46,831 nucleotides of DNA from a bacterium (GCA_030647955.1 JAUSIQ010000018.1:1-46831); one strand, 5' to 3'; counted from the first letter of the stretch, positions 17,570 to 27,504 are shown. The notes: generated by a model from the letters alone, not told the origin. Numbers and translations: made by a program.

Positions 17570-18445
17570 TTAAATACTCCAGCACACTGCACCCGCACTC
17601 CAAAATCCATAATGGACAGGAATAGCTCCAACCGGACCATCTAACACGCAAGGGTCACTCCCTTGATCCCAGGACGGATCTGTAAAACCGGGTGAAAAGT
17701 TGCCCTCGGGATGAGTAACTAATTTGTAATCTATGCCGTTGGAAGCATAAGACCAGGCGTGAGGAACACCGGCACAATTAAGAGAGGGGTCTCCAGGAAG
17801 CCGACTGATATATTTTGGAACCAAGCCGGGAATGTAGTCAGTGGCATGCCCCTCGCAATAACGATAAACAGATAGCCCCCCCGTAGGTTCAAAAGTTTTA
17901 GGGTATTCGTCATAATCCGCTCGATACAGCTCCAGGGCCGTCTGCAGAACCCTTAAATCATGGGCCCGGGCCACGTCTCTAGCCTTTAACTGTGTTCGGC
18001 TTAAAGAGAAGACAATCATCGTGCTTAAGATACCGATAATAGCAATCACAATGAGTAGCTCAACGAGAGTAAATCCGGCCGTATATTGCAAGGGTGGAGG
18101 TTGCCCAGAGGAAGATTTGTGTTTATACCATAGAGCCACCAAGAGGATGGCAACAATGCCCAGACTCAGGAAGATTCTTGTCTTATTATCAGAGAAAAAG
18201 TTGGACGAGGCAGGAGCAAAAGCCACATCCCCATTTTCCATCCTAATTAGAACAAATTTTCCATGTTCATTTTTTATAGTCTCTTCAGACAAAACTCTTC
18301 CTTGACTTTTAAGATCTCGAACTTGTCGGGCATTCACTACAGCAGAAGCCAAAGCATCACCGCTAATCAAAAAACTGCTCAATAGCATAAAGAAAAGAAA
18401 GGAACCGGCATATTTACGAACGAAGCTCCGATTCATTGTATTCAC
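17570..18445 (-). CDS. Type IV pilin/GspG-like protein with long N-terminal extension
   Basis: Internal G|FTLVELLIVIAIIGIL, KARD..R..DL..LQTALELY, LVPKYISRLPGDP. Confidence 0.88.
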   Translation of the reverse strand: MNTMNRSFVRKYAGSFLFFMLLSSFLISGDALASAVVNARQVRDLKSQGRVLSEETIKNEHGKFVLIRMENGDVAFAPASSNFFSDNKTRIFLSLGIVAILLVALWYKHKSSSGQPPPLQYTAGFTLVELLIVIAIIGILSTMIVFSLSRTQLKARDVARAHDLRVLQTALELYRADYDEYPKTFEPTGGLSVYRYCEGHATDYIPGLVPKYISRLPGDPSLNCAGVPHAWSYASNGIDYKLVTHPEGNFSPGFTDPSWDQGSDPCVLDGPVGAIPVHYGFWSAGAVCWSI

Positions 18446-18485
18446 TATACTACACTCTTTATTATATTAAATAGGATATCCTCCT

Positions 18486-18526
18486 CCCCAATCAAAAACT
18501 GCTTTTAGAGCAGTTTTTGATTGGGG
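18486..18526 (-). terminator. Terminator after cold-shock gene
   Basis: CCCCAATCAAAAACTGCT..AGCAGTTTTTGATTGGGG. Confidence 0.8.
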
Positions 18527-18535
18527 TACAAAAGC

Positions 18536-18739
18536 TTACGAAGCTTTCTGCACATTGACAGCCGCCGGTCCTTTTGGACCACTCAAATCTTCATCAAAGG
18601 TCACCGTGTCGCCTTCTTTTAATTGAGCGAAAGCTCCGCCAGTGCTTGATTCATGGAAGAAAAGGTCCTTCTCGCGTCCTTCGACAGCGATAAAGCCAAA
18701 AGGCTTTCCTTCTACAATCTTTTTAATTGTTCCAGTCAT
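18536..18739 (-). CDS. csp: Cold-shock domain protein
   Basis: FGFI, DLFFH, LKEGDTVTF, GPKGPAAVNV. Confidence 0.95.
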   Translation of the reverse strand: MTGTIKKIVEGKPFGFIAVEGREKDLFFHESSTGGAFAQLKEGDTVTFDEDLSGPKGPAAVNVQKAS

Positions 18740-18863
18740 ATTTTTTGTTTTATTTTATCCGTTCCTATAGAAACCCGACCGCCTCTCTTCTATAAATGCA
18801 TATTACCATTTAATCAACCTCGTGTCTAATGCGCACGAAAATTTCCTGTGCTATAATGAAATC

Positions 18864-19076
18864 ATGACTAGTCGAAAATTACTCAGACTTTTAAGAAGTT
18901 TCTCGATCGCCATCAGTATTATCTTAATCTGGCGCGGGACTTGGTATTTACTTGATCTGGTGGACCAGCACTTTTTTGGAGGAAACCACATTTTCACCGC
19001 CATCGGCGGCATAATCGTCGGCATCCTCATTCTCTACTTCCCCGACCACGACCTCAAAGAACTATCCAAGCTGTAA
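18864..19076 (+). CDS. Small 2-TM membrane protein
   Basis: IILIWRGTWYLLD motif; leaderless TGCTATAAT-6nt-ATG. Confidence 0.85.
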   Translation: MTSRKLLRLLRSFSIAISIILIWRGTWYLLDLVDQHFFGGNHIFTAIGGIIVGILILYFPDHDLKELSKL

Positions 19077-19165
19077 AATAAAACCCCGTACGGGGTTTTA
19101 TGATTCTACAATATCCATGGTTTCGATCTGAAAATCCAGATCATCAAGCAGAAGTAAAAGCTCTA
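19075..19165 (-). pseudogene. Terminator plus 3' fragment of a diverged copy of 22362..22721
   Basis: 81/91 identity to 22339-22429; encodes ELLLLLDDLDFQIETMDIVES-stop. Confidence 0.9.
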
Positions 19166-19175
19166 TGTTTAGCAT

Positions 19176-20669
19176 TTAACTTCCTCGTTGTTCCGGCTGA
19201 CCACCCCGGATTTTTCGATATTGCTCTTTGTATTTCTCTATCACCGCCTCAACTTGATCGTGGGGGATCTCAACCCTCAACAGGTCAATCGCATTAATGG
19301 TGTCGTAAATATCCAAACTGTTTTCCAGCTTATAGATAGCATCTCGCCACAAAATCGCCTTTTCATACTCTCCTTTTTCGGCCGCCTTTTTTTCTAGATC
19401 CCTCATCATACTAATAAACGCCCAGTAAACACCCTCTTCTGCTCCGCCCCGACTAACCGTCCTATCCTTGAAGGGAATTCTTAAGATAGATCTTTGCTCT
19501 TTCATCATCTCACGAATCTTTCCAGTTCTTTGCCAATTAAATGCCGTCGTCACTATTTTTTCATAGTAATCCAGCGCCTTTTCCAATACATCCCTTGAAA
19601 CGTCTGGAACGTGGCGAATAGTATCTAGCAAACGAAAGGCACCAAATTCAATCATCTCCAGACTCCACCAAGGTTTGGCAGAGGCCCACCAAAAATGATC
19701 TGACGACGACGCCATATCCATTTTTTCACGCACTAAATTCCAACGAGGATTATTGCTGTCTAGGTCCTTAACTTCCGCCAGAGCGAGGTCGTACAAATGC
19801 CGTTGCCATAAATGGATAGGATTTTCCGGATCAGCCCATGATAAAAACTGGATACCTTTATCGATATCTTCTTTGCTTGATGCCCAGGTGGACTTGACCG
19901 GCTCGATCTCAACAACGTCGTGATAATAATTTTTGATATCTGAAATTTTAATTAAATCGAAATCCGGAGAGCTGAAAATATTGATGAGCATTTTTTCAAG
20001 ACCCGGCCGATGATGGCCAAACGTTTCTCCATCCATCGCGGTTACTAAATAGCGGCTACTTTTTAGATCCTTGACCATGGCCTCCCTAAGGGTTTCGGGC
20101 GAGCGCACCACGGCACTCATAATCAAATTACTCAGTCGCCGCTCACGAAAGAATACATTAAGCCCCGATCCTTTTATCTCGTATATTTTATTGTAGTCAA
20201 CCTGTCCGGGCATACCGCTACACGCGATCTCATCTAAAATGATCCACTCAAAGCCAAGCGACTTAATAATAGCCGGCAGTTTAGAATCGTACCCCATTTC
20301 CGGCGGAAAAAATCCTCTAATTTTATTTTCTTTGCCTAAAAAGTAAGCCAGCGATTCATTGTTGATTTGGATCTGCCTAATAATTTCTTCCGGCGATAAA
20401 AATGGCAAAAAGGCGTGATATTTGGCAGAACCCGTGAACTCCAGCCTCCCCTCTTTACTCGCTTGGCGCAAAATATCAATCAAATCATGGTACTTATTTT
20501 TATCAAATAACTCCAGGAGTGCTCCGTTGATATTGAAGGTTAATTGCACATGCCGGTGATCGCGAATGCCCTCAAGTATTGGCCGATAGCTTTGGGAGAC
20601 AACTGCGGCTAAAATATCCGGCTGCTGGCCGGCTGGTTGATAGATATGAAGAAAATTAGCCCATTTCAT
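19176..20669 (-). CDS. Glycoside hydrolase family 57 protein
   Basis: NFLHIYQP, SAKYHAFLP, FFPPEM (Glu), AMDGETFGHH (Asp), SSDHFWW. Confidence 0.9.
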   Translation of the reverse strand: MKWANFLHIYQPAGQQPDILAAVVSQSYRPILEGIRDHRHVQLTFNINGALLELFDKNKYHDLIDILRQASKEGRLEFTGSAKYHAFLPFLSPEEIIRQIQINNESLAYFLGKENKIRGFFPPEMGYDSKLPAIIKSLGFEWIILDEIACSGMPGQVDYNKIYEIKGSGLNVFFRERRLSNLIMSAVVRSPETLREAMVKDLKSSRYLVTAMDGETFGHHRPGLEKMLINIFSSPDFDLIKISDIKNYYHDVVEIEPVKSTWASSKEDIDKGIQFLSWADPENPIHLWQRHLYDLALAEVKDLDSNNPRWNLVREKMDMASSSDHFWWASAKPWWSLEMIEFGAFRLLDTIRHVPDVSRDVLEKALDYYEKIVTTAFNWQRTGKIREMMKEQRSILRIPFKDRTVSRGGAEEGVYWAFISMMRDLEKKAAEKGEYEKAILWRDAIYKLENSLDIYDTINAIDLLRVEIPHDQVEAVIEKYKEQYRKIRGGQPEQRGS

Positions 20670-20672
20670 AAT

Positions 20673-22178
20673 TTAGATTGCTTTTCTGGCATGAAACTCA
20701 ATCGTCCGATCAAGTATTTTTGCATATTCACGCGCGGAGTTATCCCATGAAAAATCTTTCTTCATCGCTCGTTCTTGTATTTTTCTCCAGATGGCCTTAC
20801 GTTTGTTTACTTCCATCGCTCGAATAATGGTTCCAAATAAGGCATAATTGTCATAGTTTTCAAAAACGAATCCGTCTCCGGTGTTCTTTTGTAAATCAAA
20901 ATCTTCAACACTATCGGCTAAACCGCCTGTTTTCCTCACGATCGGTACTGCTCCGTAGCGCATTGCTTCCATTTGAGTCAGGCCACAGGGCTCATATTTA
21001 GAAGGGATGAGCATGGCATCGGCACCACCGTAAACCAGCCTCGGCAAAATAGAGTCGTACGATAAATGAATGCCAAGCTTTTTTGGATAACGCCGCCTAA
21101 GTTCTTCGAAAAAATTAATATACTTACCCTCGCCGGTACCGATAACAACCATCTGGATATTAAAATTATTAAGCAAAGAATCGCCGCAGGCCATAAGCAT
21201 ATCGAACCCTTTTTGATCAGCAAGGCGAGAAACAATGCCGACCAAGAAGGCTTGTTCGTCTTCGGGCAAATTAAACTTTCTTTGTAGAATCGCTTTATTC
21301 TTATCACGTTCTGTCAACGTTTTATGACTGAAATTAAAGTTTAAATTATTGTCGGTGGCTGGATTCCATTCGTCATAATCAACCCCGTTTAAAATGCCAT
21401 ACAATATCCCGCGCCGTTCTGCCAAAAGATCGTGTAATAGCTCGCCGAACTCAGGTGTAGTGATTTCTTGGGCATAGGTAGGCGAGACCGTGTTAACAAC
21501 ATCGGCATACATCACTCCCCGTCGCATAAAATTTAATTTAAGGAGTTTAGGATCGTATATGGACGGAATTTCCGCCTGACCAGCATCATAATCCATCTCT
21601 GTTGCAAAGTGGTGGTCAAAGGAACCTTGAAACGCGAGATTATGAATAGAAAATAAAACGGCTATATTTTTCAATCCCGCATCGTTTTTATAGTGCGTGT
21701 GCATATAGTTGGGAATCAGGCCCGTCTGCCAATCGGAGGCGACGATTACGTCCGGCTTCCACTCTGAATTTTTAATAAATTCGAGGGCTCCACGGCATAA
21801 AAGGGCCCAACGGACACTATCATCACTATAGCCGTAAATATTAGCCCGCTTTTCGTAATACTCCTCATTTTCGAGAAAATAAGTAGGGGCCGGGGCATCT
21901 TTATCAGTGGCATTGAACAATTTTACATTACAAATAAGCGGCTCGTGCTCCCCGCCCGCAGGAACTTTTAGTCCCTCCATCACAGTTTCTAAATTAAATT
22001 TTTCTTGATCGACGGAAAGATAGCGAGGAATCATTACACGGGCATCGTGACCAAGACGCCGCAGTGAGCGCGGTAAAGAAAACATCACTTCTCCCAGCCC
22101 CCCTACTTTAGCAAACGGGCCAGCCTCCGAAGCCACAAATAGAATTTTGAGATTATTTTTTTCCAAGAAAGTTTTCAC
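20673..22178 (-). CDS. glgA: Glycogen synthase
   Basis: KVGGLGEV, SIHNLAFQG, TVSPTYA, GILNGVD, SRLADQKG, PSKYEPCGLTQM, TGGLADSV. Confidence 0.96.
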   Translation of the reverse strand: MKTFLEKNNLKILFVASEAGPFAKVGGLGEVMFSLPRSLRRLGHDARVMIPRYLSVDQEKFNLETVMEGLKVPAGGEHEPLICNVKLFNATDKDAPAPTYFLENEEYYEKRANIYGYSDDSVRWALLCRGALEFIKNSEWKPDVIVASDWQTGLIPNYMHTHYKNDAGLKNIAVLFSIHNLAFQGSFDHHFATEMDYDAGQAEIPSIYDPKLLKLNFMRRGVMYADVVNTVSPTYAQEITTPEFGELLHDLLAERRGILYGILNGVDYDEWNPATDNNLNFNFSHKTLTERDKNKAILQRKFNLPEDEQAFLVGIVSRLADQKGFDMLMACGDSLLNNFNIQMVVIGTGEGKYINFFEELRRRYPKKLGIHLSYDSILPRLVYGGADAMLIPSKYEPCGLTQMEAMRYGAVPIVRKTGGLADSVEDFDLQKNTGDGFVFENYDNYALFGTIIRAMEVNKRKAIWRKIQERAMKKDFSWDNSAREYAKILDRTIEFHARKAI

Positions 22179-22216
22179 AGCATCATTATATCAATAATTA
22201 CTGCCTGTCTGCAACT

Positions 22217-22294
22217 ATGACTAGTCGAAAATTACTCGGACTTTTAAGAAGTTTCTCGATAGCCATCAGTATTATCTTAATCTGGCGCGGTACT
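22217..22294 (+). pseudogene. 5' fragment duplicate of 18864..19076
   Basis: 75/78 identity to 18864-18941, starting exactly at the ATG. Confidence 0.9.
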
Positions 22295-22361
22295 ACCATT
22301 CTCTAATCCGCATACTTTAAGTATGACAAAAATTGGGCAAAACAAAACCCCATATGGGGTT

Positions 22362-22721
22362 TTACGATTCTACAATATCCATGGTTTCGATTTGAAAATC
22401 TAAATCATTAAGCAGAAGCAACAGCTCTACAGTATTCTGAATCATTAGTCCAAAACTGCGACGACTAAATCTCTTCAGGGATCCTTCCTTTTTTATATAT
22501 ACCGAGGCCTGTATCTCGACCATGTGGCCAAGAGAGGACTTTTTGCCCTCCATAAGAGATTTGCGGTCTTCGCTCTTACATAAATCAAACCACCTATTAT
22601 CACACACCATGCCTCCCGGCGTACACCGCGGATTACTCCATGGGGTTGGCGGATAAAACTTCTGAATCTTTTCAAATATCTCTAAAGCCTTGGGACTAAG
22701 CTTCTCGCAATCGGTGGCCAT
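22362..22721 (-). CDS. Hypothetical protein
   Basis: AGGAG RBS; synonymous divergence from its relic at 19098-19165 supports coding. Confidence 0.85.
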   Translation of the reverse strand: MATDCEKLSPKALEIFEKIQKFYPPTPWSNPRCTPGGMVCDNRWFDLCKSEDRKSLMEGKKSSLGHMVEIQASVYIKKEGSLKRFSRRSFGLMIQNTVELLLLLNDLDFQIETMDIVES

Positions 22722-22818
22722 TTTACTCTCCTAATTAAAACACAGCTGATGACATCATATTGTTTTTATGATAATTTGTCAATATTTACTATTATGAATA
22801 TATTTGTATAATAATCCA

Positions 22819-23307
22819 ATGGATAAAATCTATACCAAAAAAGGTGACCGGGGTTTTACTGCCGATTACTCCGGACGACGAATTCCCAAAGACCATATCC
22901 TAGTTATTACCGGTGGCAAAATTGATACCCTGCAGTCCGCTATCGACTTGGCGATACTCAAGAGCGCTAAGAAACATAAACTTTTCTTAGGGTGGATCCA
23001 GAGAAAACTTTGGCAAACCGCCGGAGAAATTTCCTGCGCAGATGAAACGTGCATTATCGACCCCATCACCGCCGAAGATATTAATAGACTAGAAAAATAC
23101 ATTGACTCCCTAGGTAAGCCTCCGCAAAAGTTTATTCGTTTCGATACCGAAAAAGCAATTATCTACAACGAAGCGCGTATTCGCTGCCGAGAGCTTGAGA
23201 CATTTTTAGTGAAGCTTTTGCGCGCCAAAAAAGTCCGACCCCTCGCCTACCAATGGCTCAACCGCCTCTCTAGTCTTTTCTTCATGCTTAGTTATGCACA
23301 AAGATAG
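22819..23307 (+). CDS. pduO: ATP:cob(I)alamin adenosyltransferase, PduO type (divergent)
   Basis: KIYTKKGD.G.T, AR..CR..E, LNRLS motifs. Confidence 0.8.
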   Translation: MDKIYTKKGDRGFTADYSGRRIPKDHILVITGGKIDTLQSAIDLAILKSAKKHKLFLGWIQRKLWQTAGEISCADETCIIDPITAEDINRLEKYIDSLGKPPQKFIRFDTEKAIIYNEARIRCRELETFLVKLLRAKKVRPLAYQWLNRLSSLFFMLSYAQR

Positions 23308-23414
23308 ATTTTAAGATTAGAAAAGCCGACTCCTGGTCGGCATTTAATAATGAGAACAATTCTTTTGCTTTTTAGTAAGCTTCGCTTTTTTATATACTTT
23401 CCTAACCATCAGGA

Positions 23415-23774
23415 TTACTCCTTCAGGCCTAAAAGCTTACGCTGTGCAGGACTTAACTTACCCATTATCATAATCCGCACATTGGCCTCGATTTCCCTTT
23501 CATTCAAAAGAATGACGGGCTGTCCAACCAGAAACCCCTCCTTACCGTTGGTAAGAACAAAAGCCTTTCCGATCTTAGTATAATTAGAATCATTTAATGC
23601 TTCTGCAAACGCCTTAGCAACATCTTCATTATGTAAAAATCCCAAGGATTCGACCTTCCTACCATCCTCATCCGTCCTGTAAACTTCCGTCATCTCTCCT
23701 ACCCAGAAACCAGTCAAATCAATTCCCACCAACTTTTCGGCCCGATTGTCGACGCCCATTGCCCTCTCCTTCAT
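23415..23774 (-). CDS. Hypothetical protein
   Basis: 119-aa ORF; GGAGAGG RBS before the second Met (23759) suggests the real start. Confidence 0.75.
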   Translation of the reverse strand: MKERAMGVDNRAEKLVGIDLTGFWVGEMTEVYRTDEDGRKVESLGFLHNEDVAKAFAEALNDSNYTKIGKAFVLTNGKEGFLVGQPVILLNEREIEANVRIMIMGKLSPAQRKLLGLKE

Positions 23775-23925
23775 ATAATGAACTTATCCCAAGTTAACAC
23801 TTCCGCGTATTTTATCAAACACATACAAAAAACCGAATCTAGCCCCCTAAGAGAGGCCCACAATACTTATGAATTTATCAATCCCCTCCTAGCCTGCGAG
23901 CGGTTCGATAGGACTCGCCGCAAGC

Positions 23926-24642
23926 TTAATACCCCGACATAAACTTTAGACCAATTATAGCCAAAACTACCAAGACGATATTTCTAAAGATTTTTTGAGG
24001 TATTTTATTGACGACTTTTTTTCCAATGTAGGAGCCCGCTATCGCAAGGACAAAAAGAACCGGAATGTAGGCATAATACTTTTGCTCCAAGAATCCTCCT
24101 GCAAAATAAATCGGTATCCGGGTAATATCTACCGCCAAAGCTATGGCGGCCGCGGTGGCAAGATATACTCCCTTTTCTAAACCGAAAGCAGTCAAGAAAG
24201 CTCCCCGCAAAGCGCCGCCGGTCCCAATAAGACCGGCCAAAAATCCAGAAAGTCCGCCGCCAATTATTGCATTGGGTTTGTTTGCGGGGAACTTCAAAGC
24301 CGGCCTTACAAGAGAGATGGCCGCAAATAACAAAAAGAAAAGACCTAGAACGGCTTTCAAAATCTCTTGCGGAATGTGGTTTACTAGCAACGCCCCTGGT
24401 ATAGTTAATGCCACGCTCGGTATCCCAAAAATATAAATCAATCTTTTATCAATCCTGTGGCGAAAAAAAGTGATTCTGCCAATATTCCCAAAAATATGCA
24501 AAAACGCAACCAACACAAGAGCGGTTTTAAAATCAACGAAGAGTAAGGCAAGAGGCAAAAAAATAGCTGAAGAGCCGAAGCCAATTACTGTGCCGGCGAC
24601 CTCAGAGATAAATGCCAAGATAAAAAAGAGTGCTTCTGTCAT
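23926..24642 (-). CDS. TauE/SafE (TSUP) family membrane protein
   Basis: GTVIGFGSS, GGLSGFLAGLIGTGG, GSYIGKK; about 8 TMs. Confidence 0.9.
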   Translation of the reverse strand: MTEALFFILAFISEVAGTVIGFGSSAIFLPLALLFVDFKTALVLVAFLHIFGNIGRITFFRHRIDKRLIYIFGIPSVALTIPGALLVNHIPQEILKAVLGLFFLLFAAISLVRPALKFPANKPNAIIGGGLSGFLAGLIGTGGALRGAFLTAFGLEKGVYLATAAAIALAVDITRIPIYFAGGFLEQKYYAYIPVLFVLAIAGSYIGKKVVNKIPQKIFRNIVLVVLAIIGLKFMSGY

Positions 24643-24648
24643 AAGAAT

Positions 24649-25119
24649 CTATTTCATTACCGCATAGGTAAATAACACCCCGAATCGTCTGCACCAAACA
24701 ACGGCTGTTTTATATTCGGAAATATCGATAGAGCCAATCTCGTAGTTTTGATTGCCCGATGTGCCCTTGAGAAGACCCAGGTCCACATAGTCGCCAAGAC
24801 TCTTAATATCTCCCGTGAGCTGTACGGATTTTGTAAGATACACATAGAGATCGGGGCCGCTTGTAACATTGAAGTTTTCAAAACGCAAGATATTTTTATC
24901 GTCAAAGCGGATGATCTTTGCCTCACCGGAACCTTTATGAACTAAATCCACTTTGACAAAATTTCCACTAGCCAACGTCTGGACAGAGGCTTCGGGTTTA
25001 TCAGAGGTGGCTGGCAATGATTCCTGCACATCATTTCGTATAAAATAAGTGTATAGTCCGGTATAGTAAATTACGCCCGCCACTATCAAAACTGGGGCAA
25101 TGAGATAGTATTTTTTCAT
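24649..25119 (-). CDS. DM13 domain protein
   Basis: H.GSGEA, GPDLYVYL, LG.LKGTSGNQNY, VVWCRRFGVLF. Confidence 0.92.
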   Translation of the reverse strand: MKKYYLIAPVLIVAGVIYYTGLYTYFIRNDVQESLPATSDKPEASVQTLASGNFVKVDLVHKGSGEAKIIRFDDKNILRFENFNVTSGPDLYVYLTKSVQLTGDIKSLGDYVDLGLLKGTSGNQNYEIGSIDISEYKTAVVWCRRFGVLFTYAVMK

Positions 25120-25129
25120 AATTACGCGC

Positions 25130-26698
25130 CTATCTTTCGTATATTTTGGCCGCGGAGGTAAAGCCGGCGACCTCACTTGCTGTTTTATTTGGAAAAACTT
25201 CTACTTTAATGCGATTGTCAGAAAACATTTCAACAAGAAACACTCCCAAAATCTTATTATCAAGATTTACAGCAGAGCGTATTCCATGTCGTTCGTTGCC
25301 CGTAAACTGAAAACCGATCAGCTCGTATTTCAAAATCCCGGTTTTAAGGTCAATGTTGACCGGATCGGGGCTATTTCCCTTAACACCATAAACATCAAAA
25401 CAAACATTGCATAAAGAAGCATCAATGCCGCTGTTTGGAATAGCGATGCGAATAATACTCGGCGTCACATTGTCATAAACAATGGCCAGATGACACTCAT
25501 AATATGTACAATCACTTCCATTACCTTCATAGCCATTTGTTCCTTCCCTAAACCAATTTCCCACCAATCGGCCATCAACATCATAATCTATTTTACCGCC
25601 GACCGGTACAGCCGTTCTAATGCTTTTATCTTTAAGTTGTGTTTGTAGGATTGATTCGAAATAGCCGAACAAATCTACGGTATGAATCTTCCATCGTTCA
25701 CCATAGTAAAAAGCATGGCTAATGAATCCCGATAAAATTTTTGAAGTATCGTGCACGCTAAAATCAACGCTATTTCTCATTTTCCCTATCACTTGTCCGG
25801 CCTTTACCGGAATAGGCGCTATTCGATTGTCATCCGGCCCTTGGTCAGCTTCCCAGCGGGAGCCGGGCGGCAGAGGTCCGGTTTGGGATAAAATCTCCGG
25901 CGCTATTTCATAAGCATGTATATAAATAGTAGAAACCGTGCAGGAATGCCAAAGAATAATTCGGTAATCATTGGCGCTTGGAAAAGCACCGATACTTGTA
26001 ATATATCCGTCTGCCGGAGAACGCAAGTCACTGCTGGTCACGCCATCCCTGTTTTTACTATTGTGAATATAACCGTGGTCTGTTGGGGTAACATGAGAAC
26101 TGGAAAGCTGACCCATGGGTACAATGTGGTTTATTTCTGATACATTTACGGGTGAAGAAGTGAATGTGACGGAGGTGCCGGAACAAGTTGATGGTGGAGA
26201 CCAACCGGCAGGACTTTTAGGATAAGAGGTGGTTTTCGTTGTGGTGGGCGTTGTGGTGGGCGTTGTGGTGGGCGTTAGTTTCTTCTGTGTATCTGCAGGT
26301 TGAGAAACAACCGGTTGTTGAGTTTGGGGCGCGGATGTTTCACCTCTCCCTCCTACGCTCAACTGCGACATTTTCTCCCTTAGCGCTGTTGTTCTTTCAA
26401 TATCAAAACCTTGCGCTTCCAGCTCCGCAAGCTTGGCATCAACTGAACCATACACATCGGGGTGTATACCGCCATATTGCAAACCCCTTTCCACATCACT
26501 TTCAAGTGCGGAGAGGATTTTCTCATTACTTTCAAGCCCGGAGAGAATTTCCTCATTGCTCTGTAATTGTCCATCTTTGTTATGCGTCAACCAAAAACCG
26601 GCGGCGACTATAACTAACGCGCTTATTACGATTATGGGTAATAGATGAGCAAATCCTCGATTGTTTTCATTTATGTTTACGTTTCGCATATTTTCCAT
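25130..26698 (-). CDS. Large extracytoplasmic protein with M23-like hybrid-motif domain; pilin-like GFAHL leader
   Basis: RGFAHLLPIIVI, PTTT linker, HVTPTDH, SPADG.I, IPVKAGQVIG. Confidence 0.8.
   Translation of the reverse strand: MENMRNVNINENNRGFAHLLPIIVISALVIVAAGFWLTHNKDGQLQSNEEILSGLESNEKILSALESDVERGLQYGGIHPDVYGSVDAKLAELEAQGFDIERTTALREKMSQLSVGGRGETSAPQTQQPVVSQPADTQKKLTPTTTPTTTPTTTKTTSYPKSPAGWSPPSTCSGTSVTFTSSPVNVSEINHIVPMGQLSSSHVTPTDHGYIHNSKNRDGVTSSDLRSPADGYITSIGAFPSANDYRIILWHSCTVSTIYIHAYEIAPEILSQTGPLPPGSRWEADQGPDDNRIAPIPVKAGQVIGKMRNSVDFSVHDTSKILSGFISHAFYYGERWKIHTVDLFGYFESILQTQLKDKSIRTAVPVGGKIDYDVDGRLVGNWFREGTNGYEGNGSDCTYYECHLAIVYDNVTPSIIRIAIPNSGIDASLCNVCFDVYGVKGNSPDPVNIDLKTGILKYELIGFQFTGNERHGIRSAVNLDNKILGVFLVEMFSDNRIKVEVFPNKTASEVAGFTSAAKIYER
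26238..26276. repeat. 12-bp tandem repeat x3 (PTTT linker)
   Basis: GTTGTGGTGGGC x3. Confidence 0.9.
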
Positions 26699-26775
26699 GG
26701 TTAAATTATATCACAAAACACGCCCCCCGTCCGGCGTGTTTATAACACTCTATGTATGGTATGGTTTTTAAGCTA

Positions 26776-26979
26776 TTACTTTTTGTATTCTAAAATGTCC
26801 CCGGGCTGACATTCTAAAGCCTTACAAATCGCCTCTAGAGTGGATAATCGGATCGCTTTTGCCTTTCCATTTTTTAGTATAGAAAGATTAGCCATCGTTA
26901 TTCCGACTTTTTCTGTAAGTTCTGTAACGCTCATTTTCCTTTTAGCCAGCATAACGTCTATGTTGATTATAATTGCCAT
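26776..26979 (-). CDS. YozG-like Cro/CI HTH regulator
   Basis: IDVMLAKRKMSVTELTEKVGITMANLSILKNGKAKAIR..CQPGDILEY. Confidence 0.95.
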   Translation of the reverse strand: MAIIINIDVMLAKRKMSVTELTEKVGITMANLSILKNGKAKAIRLSTLEAICKALECQPGDILEYKK

Positions 26980-27011
26980 ATAAACTTTTCTGCTCGGGCT
27001 ACTTTAATGCA

Positions 27012-27494
27012 TTAAACTACTAAATCGTTTTCCGATTTTATATCTATGGCATTTTGCGCAAGCTTTTGAAGGATTGCCGCAAAGACGGCCACCACTGTTG
27101 GAGTAAGAGCAAAGGCTAATCCGATTAGTATGGCACCTGGGGCATCATCTGCCTCCGCGATTTGAATTAAGATTGGCATACCCGCCAAATACAAAATACT
27201 CATTGCGATTCCACAATATTTTATATACTTAAGAGCCTCTACCGAATTTGCCGAAAAAGCGGTGTTCTTGTCGATATAGCTTAAAAGCTTAAAGGCTTGA
27301 TACAGGGCAATGAAAAACGGTATCGCTGTCATATATCCACCAATGAAGATGGGGTATTTCAAGCCAGCGAGCTCCGGCCACTCTATACCCACTCCCTTAC
27401 TTATAGCGGGTATCGCAAAAATGCAAAAAGCTAGTACGAGACCACCCATCACAAAAAGGGTTGTCTTCAAGAAAAATGTTGACGCCTGTTTCAT
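27012..27494 (-). CDS. DUF2975 (YoaS-like) membrane protein
   Basis: PFFIALYQAFKLLSYID...AFS..SV.ALKYIKYC, AIDIKSENDL. Confidence 0.92.
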   Translation of the reverse strand: MKQASTFFLKTTLFVMGGLVLAFCIFAIPAISKGVGIEWPELAGLKYPIFIGGYMTAIPFFIALYQAFKLLSYIDKNTAFSANSVEALKYIKYCGIAMSILYLAGMPILIQIAEADDAPGAILIGLAFALTPTVVAVFAAILQKLAQNAIDIKSENDLVV

Positions 27495-27504
27495 AATTAA
27501 TTTA

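Noticed and set aside
26238-26565. 12-bp x3 and ~30-bp x2 tandem repeats as CRISPR or phase-variation tracts
   Set aside because: In-frame coding repeats (PTTT; SNEEILSGLE/SNEKILSALE) with no spacers and no cas genes.
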